This document shows, piece after piece, positions 55,275-64,000 of a stretch of 64,000 bases of DNA. The notes below the pieces were generated by a model, which was given only the letters and a program-made list of their open reading frames with translations, was not told the origin of the DNA and made no database searches. Source of the DNA: a virus. The stretch is from the IMG/VR virus record IMGVR_UViG_3300017779_000001, one strand, 5' to 3'. The translations under genes were made by a program, and so were the position numbers. Every line of letters starts with the position of its first letter. Position 1 is the stretch's first letter.

Positions 55275-56386
55275 TGTTACCTAGAAAACTAAAAGGAAAT
55301 GACCGAGAACGTGTATTTGACAAAGATGTAAATCGTGAAAATGTCGACCGTTCTGTAACATTTATGGATGTTGAAAATCCACCTCTAGTAGAGGAGGGTG
55401 ACAGAGAATATCTAAACAAGAGACAAGAACTTATCAAATCCTTAGATGTCGAACACGACATTCCAGCAGACACAGAAGATGGTCTTAGTCCATCAGTTGA
55501 CGACCTCATGAAGATGAGAGAAAACCGACCTAAACCTCTAGGTGAAAAACCACCACATGCAGCTCAAGGTGAAGACCCTATGTTTGTTCCAATAATAGAG
55601 GGACAGAGACCATACCATGGTGAGTTGTTTCCAATATTCGAAACACCTATGTTTAAGGGTGTAATCGATGGTCTTGATAGAGAAGAAATCATAAATGATA
55701 TCAGAGAATTGACTAAGGTTGTTGCAGAAACACATCCACGTGCAGATGAGTGTTACACCACATACTTCTCTAAGAAAGCACGTGCAATGATGTATCAGAA
55801 ACAGTGGTTCAAAGACTTTGAGATGAACATCAAACAGACATATAGAGAATACATGGAACATGTGTGGGATGATTACATCGATGATACTGAACACGTTCAT
55901 CTGTTTGCATGGGTCAATAGATATCAAGGTTCAAATCAACATCACTATCATATACACAATGGTTCTGCAATCAGTGGTACTTGGTACATCAAGTCAGATG
56001 AAGGTAATGACATGCCTATCAAATTTGTCAACCCACAATCACAGATGGCAATGAAGATGAACGAGTTGGAATATAGAGACAAGGAAATATCATTTGAGTC
56101 TTCTAAGTTACCATCTAACAAAGCATCATTACTTGGTACAGGTGGTTTTACACATGAGTTACACTTCCATCCTAAATGTATGGATTTCTTACTATGGCCT
56201 TCATGGTTATATCATGGGGTAGAGGGACAATCAGATGAACACTTCAGTGATAACTATGAACGTATATCATTATCATTTAACTTAGCACACCATAATCCAA
56301 GACCTATCAACGAATCAGACAAATCATACGAACAGTTGATGTCAGAACATAATGAAGAACTTGAGGAGAAAAACAAGAAATCATGA
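55274..56386 (+). CDS. 2OG-Fe(II) oxygenase (TIGR02466-like)
   Basis: AWVN...HIH.GS.ISGTWY, WPSWLYHGV, RISLSFN. Confidence 0.85.
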   Translation: MLPRKLKGNDRERVFDKDVNRENVDRSVTFMDVENPPLVEEGDREYLNKRQELIKSLDVEHDIPADTEDGLSPSVDDLMKMRENRPKPLGEKPPHAAQGEDPMFVPIIEGQRPYHGELFPIFETPMFKGVIDGLDREEIINDIRELTKVVAETHPRADECYTTYFSKKARAMMYQKQWFKDFEMNIKQTYREYMEHVWDDYIDDTEHVHLFAWVNRYQGSNQHHYHIHNGSAISGTWYIKSDEGNDMPIKFVNPQSQMAMKMNELEYRDKEISFESSKLPSNKASLLGTGGFTHELHFHPKCMDFLLWPSWLYHGVEGQSDEHFSDNYERISLSFNLAHHNPRPINESDKSYEQLMSEHNEELEEKNKKS

Positions 56387-57120
56387 GACAACCAGTAGAC
56401 CTAGACAAACTGTTTCAATTTGCACCCGAATGGGATATAGATTGGGATAGAGAAAACAAGACAATAACCATAGATAACTTCTATGACGACCCCGATGCAA
56501 TCTATGAGTGGTTGCAACAACAAGACTACCCTAAGTGGAAGTTCTTTGATGCAGACAAAACACGTAATGGTAAAGATTACGATGATTGTCGTTTGATAGT
56601 ATCATGGTCATATGGTATGAAACAGAATACTGAGAACTACATGGGTAACATACTAGATACCTGTAGACGACACTTTTGGAAAGGACACTACAACTTTGAC
56701 CAAGTGTTCGAGTTCAATTGTTTTAGGACACTCAAGTCATATCCAAACAATGTACAACACTTCCCTCACTTAGATGACGACATCAGAACACCCGATGAAC
56801 AATCAGTTCTAAACATGATTATTTTCATGGACAGAGATGGTAATGGTGGTACAGACATCTATGAGGGTAATTTCCCCGATAATAAAGAACATGAGAATCT
56901 CATGTTTGAGTTTGACCCGATTCGTCATAAGACCATTAGAAAAATCAAACATAAGTTCAATCGTGCAGTCATCTTTGCTGGTAACAGAATGCATGGTGCA
57001 GTGATTGACGATTACGAACATTATAAGAACAACTGGAGATATAGTCAAGTGTACTTCTTGTATCCCGAGAGACGATACCACGATAGACAAAATGACAATG
57101 ACCAACAAAGAGACGATTAG
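56383..57120 (+). CDS. 2OG-Fe(II) oxygenase-like protein (DUF6445-like)
   Basis: IDNFYDDPD, PHLD, GGT, KFNRAVIF...HG, RYSQV. Confidence 0.8.
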   Translation: MRQPVDLDKLFQFAPEWDIDWDRENKTITIDNFYDDPDAIYEWLQQQDYPKWKFFDADKTRNGKDYDDCRLIVSWSYGMKQNTENYMGNILDTCRRHFWKGHYNFDQVFEFNCFRTLKSYPNNVQHFPHLDDDIRTPDEQSVLNMIIFMDRDGNGGTDIYEGNFPDNKEHENLMFEFDPIRHKTIRKIKHKFNRAVIFAGNRMHGAVIDDYEHYKNNWRYSQVYFLYPERRYHDRQNDNDQQRDD

Positions 57121-57265
57121 GTGTTACGTTTGTAACAACCCCCTCATCCGTGAAGAAATAAAGTATCACACTCCTATACAGAATGGAAGTATAAAAGTGT
57201 TTTGTGATGCATATTGCAGTGTAAAATATTATGAAGACATCAAGTGCAAAAGCCAAAGGTCGTAG
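57092..57265 (+). CDS. small zinc-binding protein (TRASH/YHS-like)
   Basis: CYVC...FCDAYC. Confidence 0.6.
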   Translation: MTMTNKETIRCYVCNNPLIREEIKYHTPIQNGSIKVFCDAYCSVKYYEDIKCKSQRS

Positions 57266-57566
57266 ACTACAACAGTGGTTTGCAAAAAAACTAGTAGAAC
57301 ACCTCGACCTAGACCCCGAAGATTTAGAATCAAGACCTATGGGTTCCCAAGGTGAAGACATTATTTTAGGAAAAATGTCTAGACAAATCTTTCCATATAG
57401 TGTAGAATGTAAGAATCAAGAGAAATTAAATGTTTGGGATGCATATACTCAAGCATGTGACAACAGTGGTGACTATGAACCTATTGTTGTCATGAAGAAG
57501 AATGGTAAGAAACCATTAGTAGTAATAGATGCAGAGAGGTTTTTAGATGTTTTACGTAAGACGTAA
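57231..57566 (+). CDS. PD-(D/E)xK nuclease, Holliday junction resolvase-like
   Basis: KAKGR..Q, GEDI, SVECKN.E. Confidence 0.75.
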   Translation: MKTSSAKAKGRRLQQWFAKKLVEHLDLDPEDLESRPMGSQGEDIILGKMSRQIFPYSVECKNQEKLNVWDAYTQACDNSGDYEPIVVMKKNGKKPLVVIDAERFLDVLRKT

Positions 57567-58245
57567 CTATACAGACGAAGAGAAAGAGAAGATAGCTAAT
57601 CTTCCACAATTCAATTCTGAACAGTTTGAATGGGGTACAGACCCACGTAGAATCAACTCGTATAGATGGGATGAGTTGTGTCTCTTATCACCACCACGTT
57701 GTGGAACTCAAACAATACTATATGGTATCCAAGAATTCTGTAAAACCAATAACCAAGCAAAGAAGTCAGAGATTATAAAGTTCGGTTATGGTAAACCAGT
57801 CAACTGGTATAAAGAAAACAAACCAAAGTTCTTTAAAGAGATTCTATCATTTGTTGATGGGTGTCAGAAAATGTGTGTTGTTAGAAACCCATACAAAAGA
57901 GTAGTGTCATCACTGTACAAATTACACAAAGAACAACCACAAATGGGATGGGACAAAGGATATGCAGTCAATAGGAAGAGATTCTTATCTACTGAATATG
58001 GTGTACCACAATGGCAGTTCTGTTATCATCTAGATGGAGAGAAACTAAACTGTGCATTTTTCCAGTTGGAAGAGATAGTAGACAAGATGTTAAGTGTTGC
58101 ACATTATGAATTTGACATGGATGATGCACAAAATGTAACACCCAATCGTCTAAAGTATAGACTAACACATGAAGAATATGATATGATATCAGAAGACTTC
58201 AATGATGATTTCAGGTGGTTAGGATACACACCAATATCACTATGA
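57547..58245 (+). CDS. sulfotransferase family 2-like protein
   Basis: PRCGTQT, VVRNPYKRVVS, PQ, DF..LGY. Confidence 0.7.
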   Translation: MFYVRRNYTDEEKEKIANLPQFNSEQFEWGTDPRRINSYRWDELCLLSPPRCGTQTILYGIQEFCKTNNQAKKSEIIKFGYGKPVNWYKENKPKFFKEILSFVDGCQKMCVVRNPYKRVVSSLYKLHKEQPQMGWDKGYAVNRKRFLSTEYGVPQWQFCYHLDGEKLNCAFFQLEEIVDKMLSVAHYEFDMDDAQNVTPNRLKYRLTHEEYDMISEDFNDDFRWLGYTPISL

Positions 58246-58505
58246 GTAACGATATAAAGAATTGGGACAAGTTCCAGTGGGTGCAAGGTAGAAAACACAC
58301 TGATGACAAGATACTACTATTCAACGGTGTTGCAGTAGAGTTCAGAGATGTTGCAATGATGTGTCTATTTTTTATGCAGAATGAGGATACACTATATCCA
58401 CCCCCACGTTTTAAGGGTGCAGACATGTTCAAGGACTATATCAAAGAGACACTAGAGACACGTAAGATACCAACACAAGACAAATATAAGATAAAGAAAT
58501 CATGA
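58242..58505 (+). CDS. hypothetical protein
   Basis: ATGA-coupled; NED.LYPPP..KGA.M. Confidence 0.7.
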   Translation: MSNDIKNWDKFQWVQGRKHTDDKILLFNGVAVEFRDVAMMCLFFMQNEDTLYPPPRFKGADMFKDYIKETLETRKIPTQDKYKIKKS

Positions 58506-58816
58506 GTAAACTTGAATTTACAAAAAAAGAAATAGATGCAGTACCTGAACTAGAAAGTCCACGTATATTTAAGAGTGCAACACCTAAGTATACACTTGAC
58601 TGGTACGTGAAATGGGTTGCATCTGTATTTGTGATGATTGCAATGAGTATGAGAGGTAACGAAGAACTCGTCACATATGACTTGTCATTATCAATCATTG
58701 GTATTGCACTATGGTTGTGGGTATCAATACTATGGAACGACAGAGCTCTCATCATACTGAATGGTGTGGGTCTATTGTTCTTGTTACGTAACTTCGTGGA
58801 GAACATTCTATTGTAA
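58502..58816 (+). CDS. small 3-TM membrane protein (DUF6552-like)
   Basis: DWYVKWVAS...W.DRALIILN. Confidence 0.75.
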   Translation: MSKLEFTKKEIDAVPELESPRIFKSATPKYTLDWYVKWVASVFVMIAMSMRGNEELVTYDLSLSIIGIALWLWVSILWNDRALIILNGVGLLFLLRNFVENILL

Positions 58817-58917
58817 TGGAAGTGTTGTTTTGGAGTTTAGTAGTGGTTACATGGGCATCAGTTGGGATACATGTGATAAAAGAGTTTGTTAGATTTAATG
58901 GAGAAAGAGATGATTAA
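58816..58917 (+). CDS. small membrane peptide (33 aa, not in ORF track)
   Basis: TAATG-coupled; MEVLFWSLVVVTWASVGIHV. Confidence 0.5.
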   Translation: MEVLFWSLVVVTWASVGIHVIKEFVRFNGERDD

Positions 58918-59320
58918 ACCAAATATGAAAAAACCTAGTTTGTTTAGAAGAAGTGTTATGACCATTGTAAGTGGTTGGAGAAGGGTAATGGATGTAAGGT
59001 ATAACCCATTGAAGTATATACCCGACCCTAGTCTACAGACGTACTTTATGTTAGTATTGTTTACTATGTGGAGTGTGTTCTTTGGATTTCTAGCTGCAAA
59101 CTACCTAGGATTCTTTAACTACAGTACAGTAATAAGTATCATTATTCACGTAGGAATCTTAGTTCCTCTTGCACTCACCAATGCAATCTTTGTTGATGCA
59201 GAACGTGATGGTCACAAATGGTTGAAGGAATGGAAGGAAGAACAGTCAAGGTATAACATAGTTTTAAATAGACTAAAGACTAAGAACCTAACTATTTGGA
59301 ACCCTAATAAGGAAGCGTAA
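58910..59320 (+). CDS. membrane protein
   Basis: W..VMD.RYNPLKYIPD...LF.MWS; two TMs; GGAG SD. Confidence 0.75.
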   Translation: MIKPNMKKPSLFRRSVMTIVSGWRRVMDVRYNPLKYIPDPSLQTYFMLVLFTMWSVFFGFLAANYLGFFNYSTVISIIIHVGILVPLALTNAIFVDAERDGHKWLKEWKEEQSRYNIVLNRLKTKNLTIWNPNKEA

Positions 59321-59502
59321 TGGCTATATCAGATGAAATGAGAGAACAACTTGAACAGGTTGTTCAGTATGGTGACCAAATAAAAGCAATGTTTAAAGAA
59401 CAAGATGACGTTGACTATGAAATTGGTGACTACGATGAACCTATCACACAACTGTTAGGTCATATGAATGAAGTAATGGAAACAATTGACGGAGGTTGGT
59501 AA
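59320..59502 (+). CDS. hypothetical protein
   Basis: TAATG-coupled, AAGGA SD. Confidence 0.65.
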   Translation: MAISDEMREQLEQVVQYGDQIKAMFKEQDDVDYEIGDYDEPITQLLGHMNEVMETIDGGW

Positions 59503-59702
59503 TGAGAGTGTTAGAGAGTATGTTAGGTGACTACAAGGTAGAGAAGGAGATGAACTTCAAAGACTGTATTGCACAATACATCTATGACAGATACATTGTC
59601 ACCAATACCCGTACAGGGAACGTAACCCTATATAATAGTGAATGGTACACAAGGACACAGGTGTTGGACTTTGTGACCAAACAACATAAGGAGTCTTTAT
59701 GA
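59502..59702 (+). CDS. hypothetical protein
   Basis: GGAGG SD, TAATG-coupled. Confidence 0.65.
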   Translation: MRVLESMLGDYKVEKEMNFKDCIAQYIYDRYIVTNTRTGNVTLYNSEWYTRTQVLDFVTKQHKESL

Positions 59703-59839
59703 CCGAAGAACTGTATCTTATACACATAGTCTTTATTGCATCATGTGTTTACTTCTCATATAAGAGTGGTAGAAACACTGCAAAACGTGAATACGAAGAA
59801 TTTATTATTAGTGAGACCATTAAGAATATAAGGAAATGA
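59699..59839 (+). CDS. small membrane protein (46 aa, not in ORF track)
   Basis: AAGGAG SD, ATGA overlaps at both ends. Confidence 0.6.
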   Translation: MTEELYLIHIVFIASCVYFSYKSGRNTAKREYEEFIISETIKNIRK

Positions 59840-60282
59840 AGGTACTAGTCATGGGTTTACCCTCTAGTGGTAAATCGACTATATCTCGTGAACTATCATA
59901 TCATTTTCAGGTTCCACACTACAATGCAGACACACTCAGAGAGAAGTGTAACGATTGGGACTTTAGTCACGAAGGACGTATGAGACAGAGTTACAGAATG
60001 TCTTTTTATGACTTCGGTATTATGGACTTCGTATGTCCACTAGAAGAGACAAGACGTGTAGTCGATGCAGATTATACCATATGGATGGACACGATACAAG
60101 AGAGTCAATATCAAGACACCAATACCATATTTGAACGACCCAAGAGATACGATATAAGGGTCACAAAACATATACCGATACAATTCCTCAAGACAAACCT
60201 AGGAATGTATCAACAAGGACTAGAAGGACTGAGAGAGTATTTAAATGATGCCAGACGAATGGATTCCCTACTTATTACGTAG
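59836..60282 (+). CDS. adenylyl-sulfate kinase-like P-loop kinase
   Basis: GLPSSGKST, NAD..R, DWDFS..GR.RQ, FVCP. Confidence 0.75.
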   Translation: MKVLVMGLPSSGKSTISRELSYHFQVPHYNADTLREKCNDWDFSHEGRMRQSYRMSFYDFGIMDFVCPLEETRRVVDADYTIWMDTIQESQYQDTNTIFERPKRYDIRVTKHIPIQFLKTNLGMYQQGLEGLREYLNDARRMDSLLIT

Positions 60283-60388
60283 ACTAGGAGTCAAAAAGGA
60301 CTCTATACTGGAAGCTATCATTATACTTACTATTGTTCCTCTATTCATCATATACATGTTACAATTTTTTATCTATGATACATTTTAA
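60245..60388 (+). CDS. small membrane protein (47 aa, not in ORF track)
   Basis: Fills the gap; C-terminal TM. Confidence 0.45.
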   Translation: MMPDEWIPYLLRRLGVKKDSILEAIIILTIVPLFIIYMLQFFIYDTF

Positions 60389-61103
60389 TTATAAAGGTAG
60401 TGAACAGGACATCATACAACTCAGACGTATGTTCAATTCCTATTTCGAACAAGGAATACACGTCACACGGTTGTCCCCAAGAGAGATGCCTCCCCTATGG
60501 ATAGAAAAGATAGAGAAACACTTAGTACACTATAAACCCCTATTAGAAGACAAAGACTTACACATGCAATCTGCATGGGACAAGGGTAAGATTAACCCCT
60601 ATCAGGCATCAAAATTCCTATACTTGTATGATGAATTGACACATAACACTCCATGGTTTCCAAGTCAGAGTTGGTACACACCTGAAGAAGAACGAATTTT
60701 GACACACCCAGGCATTGTTAAGGCACGTGTGCAACTGGATTTGAACGTGGGATACATTGACTTATGGAACACACAGGGAACGAAATACGACAAACCACTC
60801 ACCTATGACCAGTGGATATCAGAATACACCTTCGGAGAGGGTACAGATATACACCATTACGAAGTCACCACAAACAAGTACGAGGGAGAAGACTTCATAG
60901 AGATGTTCCCACACTGGGACAACAGTAAGTCTATCAACACCCCTTACAGAGAGTTCCAAGACAGATGGAGAAACATACTCACAAAGAACAAGTACGGTAA
61001 ACACAGAACACTTGACCAAATAGACCAAATGAATTACCGTATACAGAACCTAGGACACAAAGAAGAGGAAGTAATCAATGAGTTTGACACCGAAGAAACC
61101 TAA
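60375..61103 (+). CDS. hypothetical protein
   Basis: Long ORF; THPG..R motif. Confidence 0.7.
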   Translation: MIHFNYKGSEQDIIQLRRMFNSYFEQGIHVTRLSPREMPPLWIEKIEKHLVHYKPLLEDKDLHMQSAWDKGKINPYQASKFLYLYDELTHNTPWFPSQSWYTPEEERILTHPGIVKARVQLDLNVGYIDLWNTQGTKYDKPLTYDQWISEYTFGEGTDIHHYEVTTNKYEGEDFIEMFPHWDNSKSINTPYREFQDRWRNILTKNKYGKHRTLDQIDQMNYRIQNLGHKEEEVINEFDTEET

Positions 61104-61278
61104 GAAAGGAGATTTTATTGAACACACTTGTACACTCAACGGTACATTTCGTGGTACAGTCAATCAACTATTAGGTATGCAATTCACATACATCACCGAA
61201 GACACAGGTAACGAAAGATTTTGTCTCTATAGAGAGGTATGGAAATATTATGAACAAGAAAGTAAGACAAAGACATAA
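61078..61278 (+). CDS. hypothetical protein
   Basis: GAGG SD; overlapping chain. Confidence 0.6.
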   Translation: MSLTPKKPKKGDFIEHTCTLNGTFRGTVNQLLGMQFTYITEDTGNERFCLYREVWKYYEQESKTKT

Positions 61279-61465
61279 AGAAACATTCACCACAGTAGGT
61301 ACAGGACTATTAATCAACTACCCACTCAACCTATTAGGACTCTACGTATGCATAGACCTATTAGAATGGACAGACCCCTTCGTCATAGGAACAACCATTA
61401 CTGCATGGATGACAGTGGTAGCTTACACACGAGTGTATATCATACGTTCATATTATGACAAATAA
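61250..61465 (+). CDS. small 2-TM membrane protein
   Basis: KET...V.TGLLINYPL...R.Y.IR. Confidence 0.65.
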   Translation: MNKKVRQRHKETFTTVGTGLLINYPLNLLGLYVCIDLLEWTDPFVIGTTITAWMTVVAYTRVYIIRSYYDK

Positions 61466-62060
61466 CCCCTACAGAATACACCAACAACACGATTTTTTTA
61501 CACATCAAGAGTGTAAGACAGTCAAAGACCTACTCCTCACACACGAAGAAGATGTACTGAAAATACCCCATATCCATAAACACAACGGATACAGTGGAAT
61601 AACAAACAAACTCCATGTATACAACTGGTTGGAACACACAGAGTTACGGAACATTTTTACACCCAAACTATTCAGTATACCTCTATTTGCAGAGTATGAC
61701 TCACTATGGGTACAGTGTTGGGGTAATATACTCAGATACGGTCAAATGATTAAGAAACACGTACACAGAGAGGAACATGAGAGAACGAAACAAGGTCATC
61801 AGAACATCGTATATGCATGTAGTATATTCATTAGTGGTAAGGAAGACCATGGAATACTCATCAATGACACTCATTATACCAATAGACTAGGAGAATGTGT
61901 AGTGTTAGGGGAAGAAGTACCTCATAGGGTAAAGACGTACTATCATAAAGAACCTCGAATAAGTCTTGCATTTGACATCATGACCAAGGACTGGACTGGT
62001 GATATGTCATGTATCCATACACCTGAACGGTATGTGGAGCTCCAAAACCCCTATATCTAA
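61455..62060 (+). CDS. 2OG-Fe(II) oxygenase-like protein
   Basis: WGNILR.G..I..HVH, PHRV, RISLAFD. Confidence 0.75.
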   Translation: MTNNPYRIHQQHDFFTHQECKTVKDLLLTHEEDVLKIPHIHKHNGYSGITNKLHVYNWLEHTELRNIFTPKLFSIPLFAEYDSLWVQCWGNILRYGQMIKKHVHREEHERTKQGHQNIVYACSIFISGKEDHGILINDTHYTNRLGECVVLGEEVPHRVKTYYHKEPRISLAFDIMTKDWTGDMSCIHTPERYVELQNPYI

Positions 62061-62108
62061 AGGGTTTTATTATTTTTTACAAGGACTCGGAACTACTCTG
62101 ATTAAATT

Positions 62109-62135
62109 AGTGTGTAGAAGTGTGTGATAGTGTGT
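62109..62135. repeat. AGTGTGT x3 at 10-bp period
   Basis: Copies at 62109, 62119 and 62129. Confidence 0.7.
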
Positions 62136-62250
62136 AAAATAATAGGAAATGAAGAGAGACGTATGAGAGGTCTTTTTTACGGAATCATCGAGGGTGTTAG
62201 GAGAGACTAGACAGAGGAGATATCGAGAGGGTCTCAGAGGTACTACCCCC

Positions 62251-62273
62251 AAACCCTTATAAACAAAGGGCTC
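62251..62273. repeat. palindromic site AAACCCTT-N7-AAGGGCTC (inverted partner at 63247-63269; variant at 62044-62068)
   Basis: Arms are identical to the reverse complement of the 63247 site. Confidence 0.7.
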
Positions 62274-62282
62274 CCACGCGAC

Positions 62283-62312
62283 TTGACAATAGGTATCACT
62301 TTTTGCTATACT
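62283..62312 (+). promoter_or_regulatory. sigma70-type early promoter (repeated family)
   Basis: TTGACA-ATAGGTATCACTTTTTGC-TATACT. Confidence 0.8.
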
Positions 62313-62382
62313 AATAGTACTGGGAGTGCAGCTTACAAATCGTCTCCTCCCCCCTATATGAACTAATACCATACTCTACCCC

Positions 62383-62412
62383 TTGACAATGACCCCCATT
62401 TAGTGGTATACT
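62383..62412 (+). promoter_or_regulatory. sigma70-type early promoter
   Basis: TTGACA-18-TATACT with extended -10. Confidence 0.8.
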
Positions 62413-62421
62413 ATGTACATA

Positions 62422-62673
62422 ATGACAAGACAAGAGAAAGAAAAGGAACTAAGACTCAAACAACTCGAACTGGAGTTAGACATCAGACACCTACAGAGTC
62501 TTATCAGGAGTGAGAAAGAACGTCTAGAAGAGATGAAGACTGATACTCCTATAGGTGATGACTGGTCTTCTAGTGTGTGTATATTAAGAACACAGAAAGA
62601 CCTTAAGACCTCCGAACAACAACTAATCAGAAAACAAACCAAATTAACTAAATTTCTAAAGGAGATAATATGA
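62422..62673 (+). CDS. hypothetical coiled-coil protein
   Basis: Follows the early promoter. Confidence 0.6.
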   Translation: MTRQEKEKELRLKQLELELDIRHLQSLIRSEKERLEEMKTDTPIGDDWSSSVCILRTQKDLKTSEQQLIRKQTKLTKFLKEII

Positions 62674-63023
62674 GTAAAGACTATCAGAAGGAAGCAACCG
62701 ATATGATTGAACTAGTAGAGGAGTTATGTACTTCTTTGACTAATGTAACCCATAGTAAGTGGGAACACTGTAAGGAACGTGAGTCCTATCATGACTATAC
62801 CATTGGTCGTAAGTACATCCGTGTTACTTCTTATGAGACGAAAGACTCAGAACATGGTAGTGTGTGGGGGTTCATCAACGTGGGTAACAAGAACTTCCCC
62901 GTTGGAAGTGTTCTTAAGGCACAAGGATGGCAGACTCCAGCACTCAATCAATCACGTGGTAACCTATTAAAGGGTTACATCGTTGACCAAACAAACATGT
63001 ACGGCCCCCACTATCTTAGATAA
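62670..63023 (+). CDS. hypothetical conserved phage protein
   Basis: AAGGAG SD; GRKYIRV...SVWGFI...G.VLKA.GW..PALN..RGN. Confidence 0.8.
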   Translation: MSKDYQKEATDMIELVEELCTSLTNVTHSKWEHCKERESYHDYTIGRKYIRVTSYETKDSEHGSVWGFINVGNKNFPVGSVLKAQGWQTPALNQSRGNLLKGYIVDQTNMYGPHYLR

Positions 63024-63028
63024 AGGGG

Positions 63029-63058
63029 TTGACAGTAACAGTCATTTAGTAGTATAAT
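63029..63058 (+). promoter_or_regulatory. sigma70-type early promoter
   Basis: TTGACA-18-TATAAT; shares AAAGGGGTTGACAGTAA with the 31515 site. Confidence 0.8.
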
Positions 63059-63246
63059 GTAATAGTAGTAGAGTACATGGGATACAGAACCTAGTCATCA
63101 GAAAATCCCTTGTAGACCTCCTTTAAGTAGGACTAGGTGTTGGAACACAGAGAACCCCAAGGTGGAAGTGAGAGAGACCACCAATTATATTATGAAAACT
63201 GTGGAAACAACACAGGGACTTCGTTGAGCTCCTCTCAGCGGCCTCC

Positions 63247-63269
63247 GAGCCCTTGATTCTAAAGGGTTT
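63247..63269. repeat. palindromic site GAGCCCTT-N7-AAGGGTTT
   Basis: Inverted copy of the 62251 site; extends to a hairpin at 63243-63274. Confidence 0.7.
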
Positions 63270-63281
63270 CGGAGCGGTCTC

Positions 63282-63414
63282 TGTGTTCACCCTGTGGATA
63301 ACTTGTGAGTAACCTGAGAGAATCACTAATGATAGCTTATGGGACTCCTAGAGAGATTTAGAGTAGGGCAAGTACCCCCTCTAAGAATTTTTCGAGAGAA
63401 ATTTCTGTGGGTAA
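63282..63414. promoter_or_regulatory. DnaA-box-like cluster
   Basis: Perfect TGTGGATAA at 63293; TGTGAGTAA at 63304, TGTGTTCAC at 63282, TGTGGGTAA at 63406. Confidence 0.5.
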
Positions 63415-63467
63415 ACCTTTTTATATGAATACGTCTGTAAATTTTTTTTAGGATATATACTAGTACC

Positions 63468-64000
63468 ATGGAGATTTTTAAAGAACCCTTCCATCATATA
63501 GTCATTGACGACTTCCTACCTAAGGATGTTGTAGATTATTGTCTGTATAATGATGAGTACGACCAACATTGTGAGAAATTGTACCAAGAGAAGATGGATT
63601 CACATCATCCTAACACACATAACCTCCGACAAGACTTGCAATCCCGTATAGATGAACGTGATAATCTGAAAAGATACGGATTTAATGAACTTTATGACAT
63701 TGTAGTAGGTTTAGAGACCAATGAAGTGTTCAAAGAGTGTATCGACACCCTTTCTTACGACACTCATACATGGGATAACCTCTATCATTGGTGGTCTTTT
63801 GGTCAATATGCAAAAGGTGGGTGTGTTTCTCAGATGATTCATCGTGATATTAAGACCAAACCCTATGCAGCTATGATATATTTACGTAAACCTGAAGAAC
63901 CAAGTATTCCTTTACACCTTTTTGATGGTAGAGGTCACAACGTCACTCCGTTTAAGACAGTTGACAACGTAAATAATCGTTTAATAGTGTGGTCGAATAC
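63468..64000 (+). CDS. 2OG-Fe(II) oxygenase-like protein (runs off the 3' edge)
   Basis: MEIFKEPFHHIVIDDFLP...IHRD..TK....IYL...NRLIVW; translated by hand. Confidence 0.75.
   Translation, partial: MEIFKEPFHHIVIDDFLPKDVVDYCLYNDEYDQHCEKLYQEKMDSHHPNTHNLRQDLQSRIDERDNLKRYGFNELYDIVVGLETNEVFKECIDTLSYDTHTWDNLYHWWSFGQYAKGGCVSQMIHRDIKTKPYAAMIYLRKPEEPSIPLHLFDGRGHNVTPFKTVDNVNNRLIVWSN

Noticed and set aside
62070-62372. Minus-strand ORFs in the noncoding region (also 63123-63326)
   Set aside because: They overlap promoters and palindromic sites, with atypical composition and no SD.
1-64000. Reverse transcriptase, integrase, transposase or stop-codon recoding
   Set aside because: No such motifs seen; core genes translate full length in the standard code and all three stop codons are used.

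Overview
This 64 kb window is an AT-rich segment of a T4-like myophage, with every credible gene on the + strand. The accessory genes suggest a marine proteobacterial host (inference). It holds the T4 replication core (gp45, gp44, gp62, regA, gp43, uvsX, gp41, gp61, nrdA/B), three tRNAs (Ala-UGC, Ser-UGA, Arg-UCU), and a CobS-like AAA+/vWA pair. Other genes include peptide deformylase, Hsp20, peroxiredoxin, IscU, IscA, a cytochrome c, about seven 2OG-Fe(II) oxygenases, lysozyme and spanins. The most notable items are: (1) a late-promoter-driven operon joining curli secretion (CsgF, CsgG, two curlin-like proteins) to a FecR protein and a CHASE2 nucleotide cyclase, with a signal-peptide gene apparently overprinted on the cyclase; (2) a 7-deazaguanine cluster (queD/E/C, folE, small membrane protein, TGT/DpdA-like); (3) a block of late proteins with T4-type capsid-targeting N-termini, probably packaged and injected; (4) several structured RNA leaders, a repeated early promoter with an 18-bp spacer, and widespread apparently leaderless starts; (5) a noncoding region with DnaA boxes and inverted palindromic sites. 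All calls come from reading motifs by eye; no searches were run. Several start codons were moved from the ORF track using promoter and SD positions.
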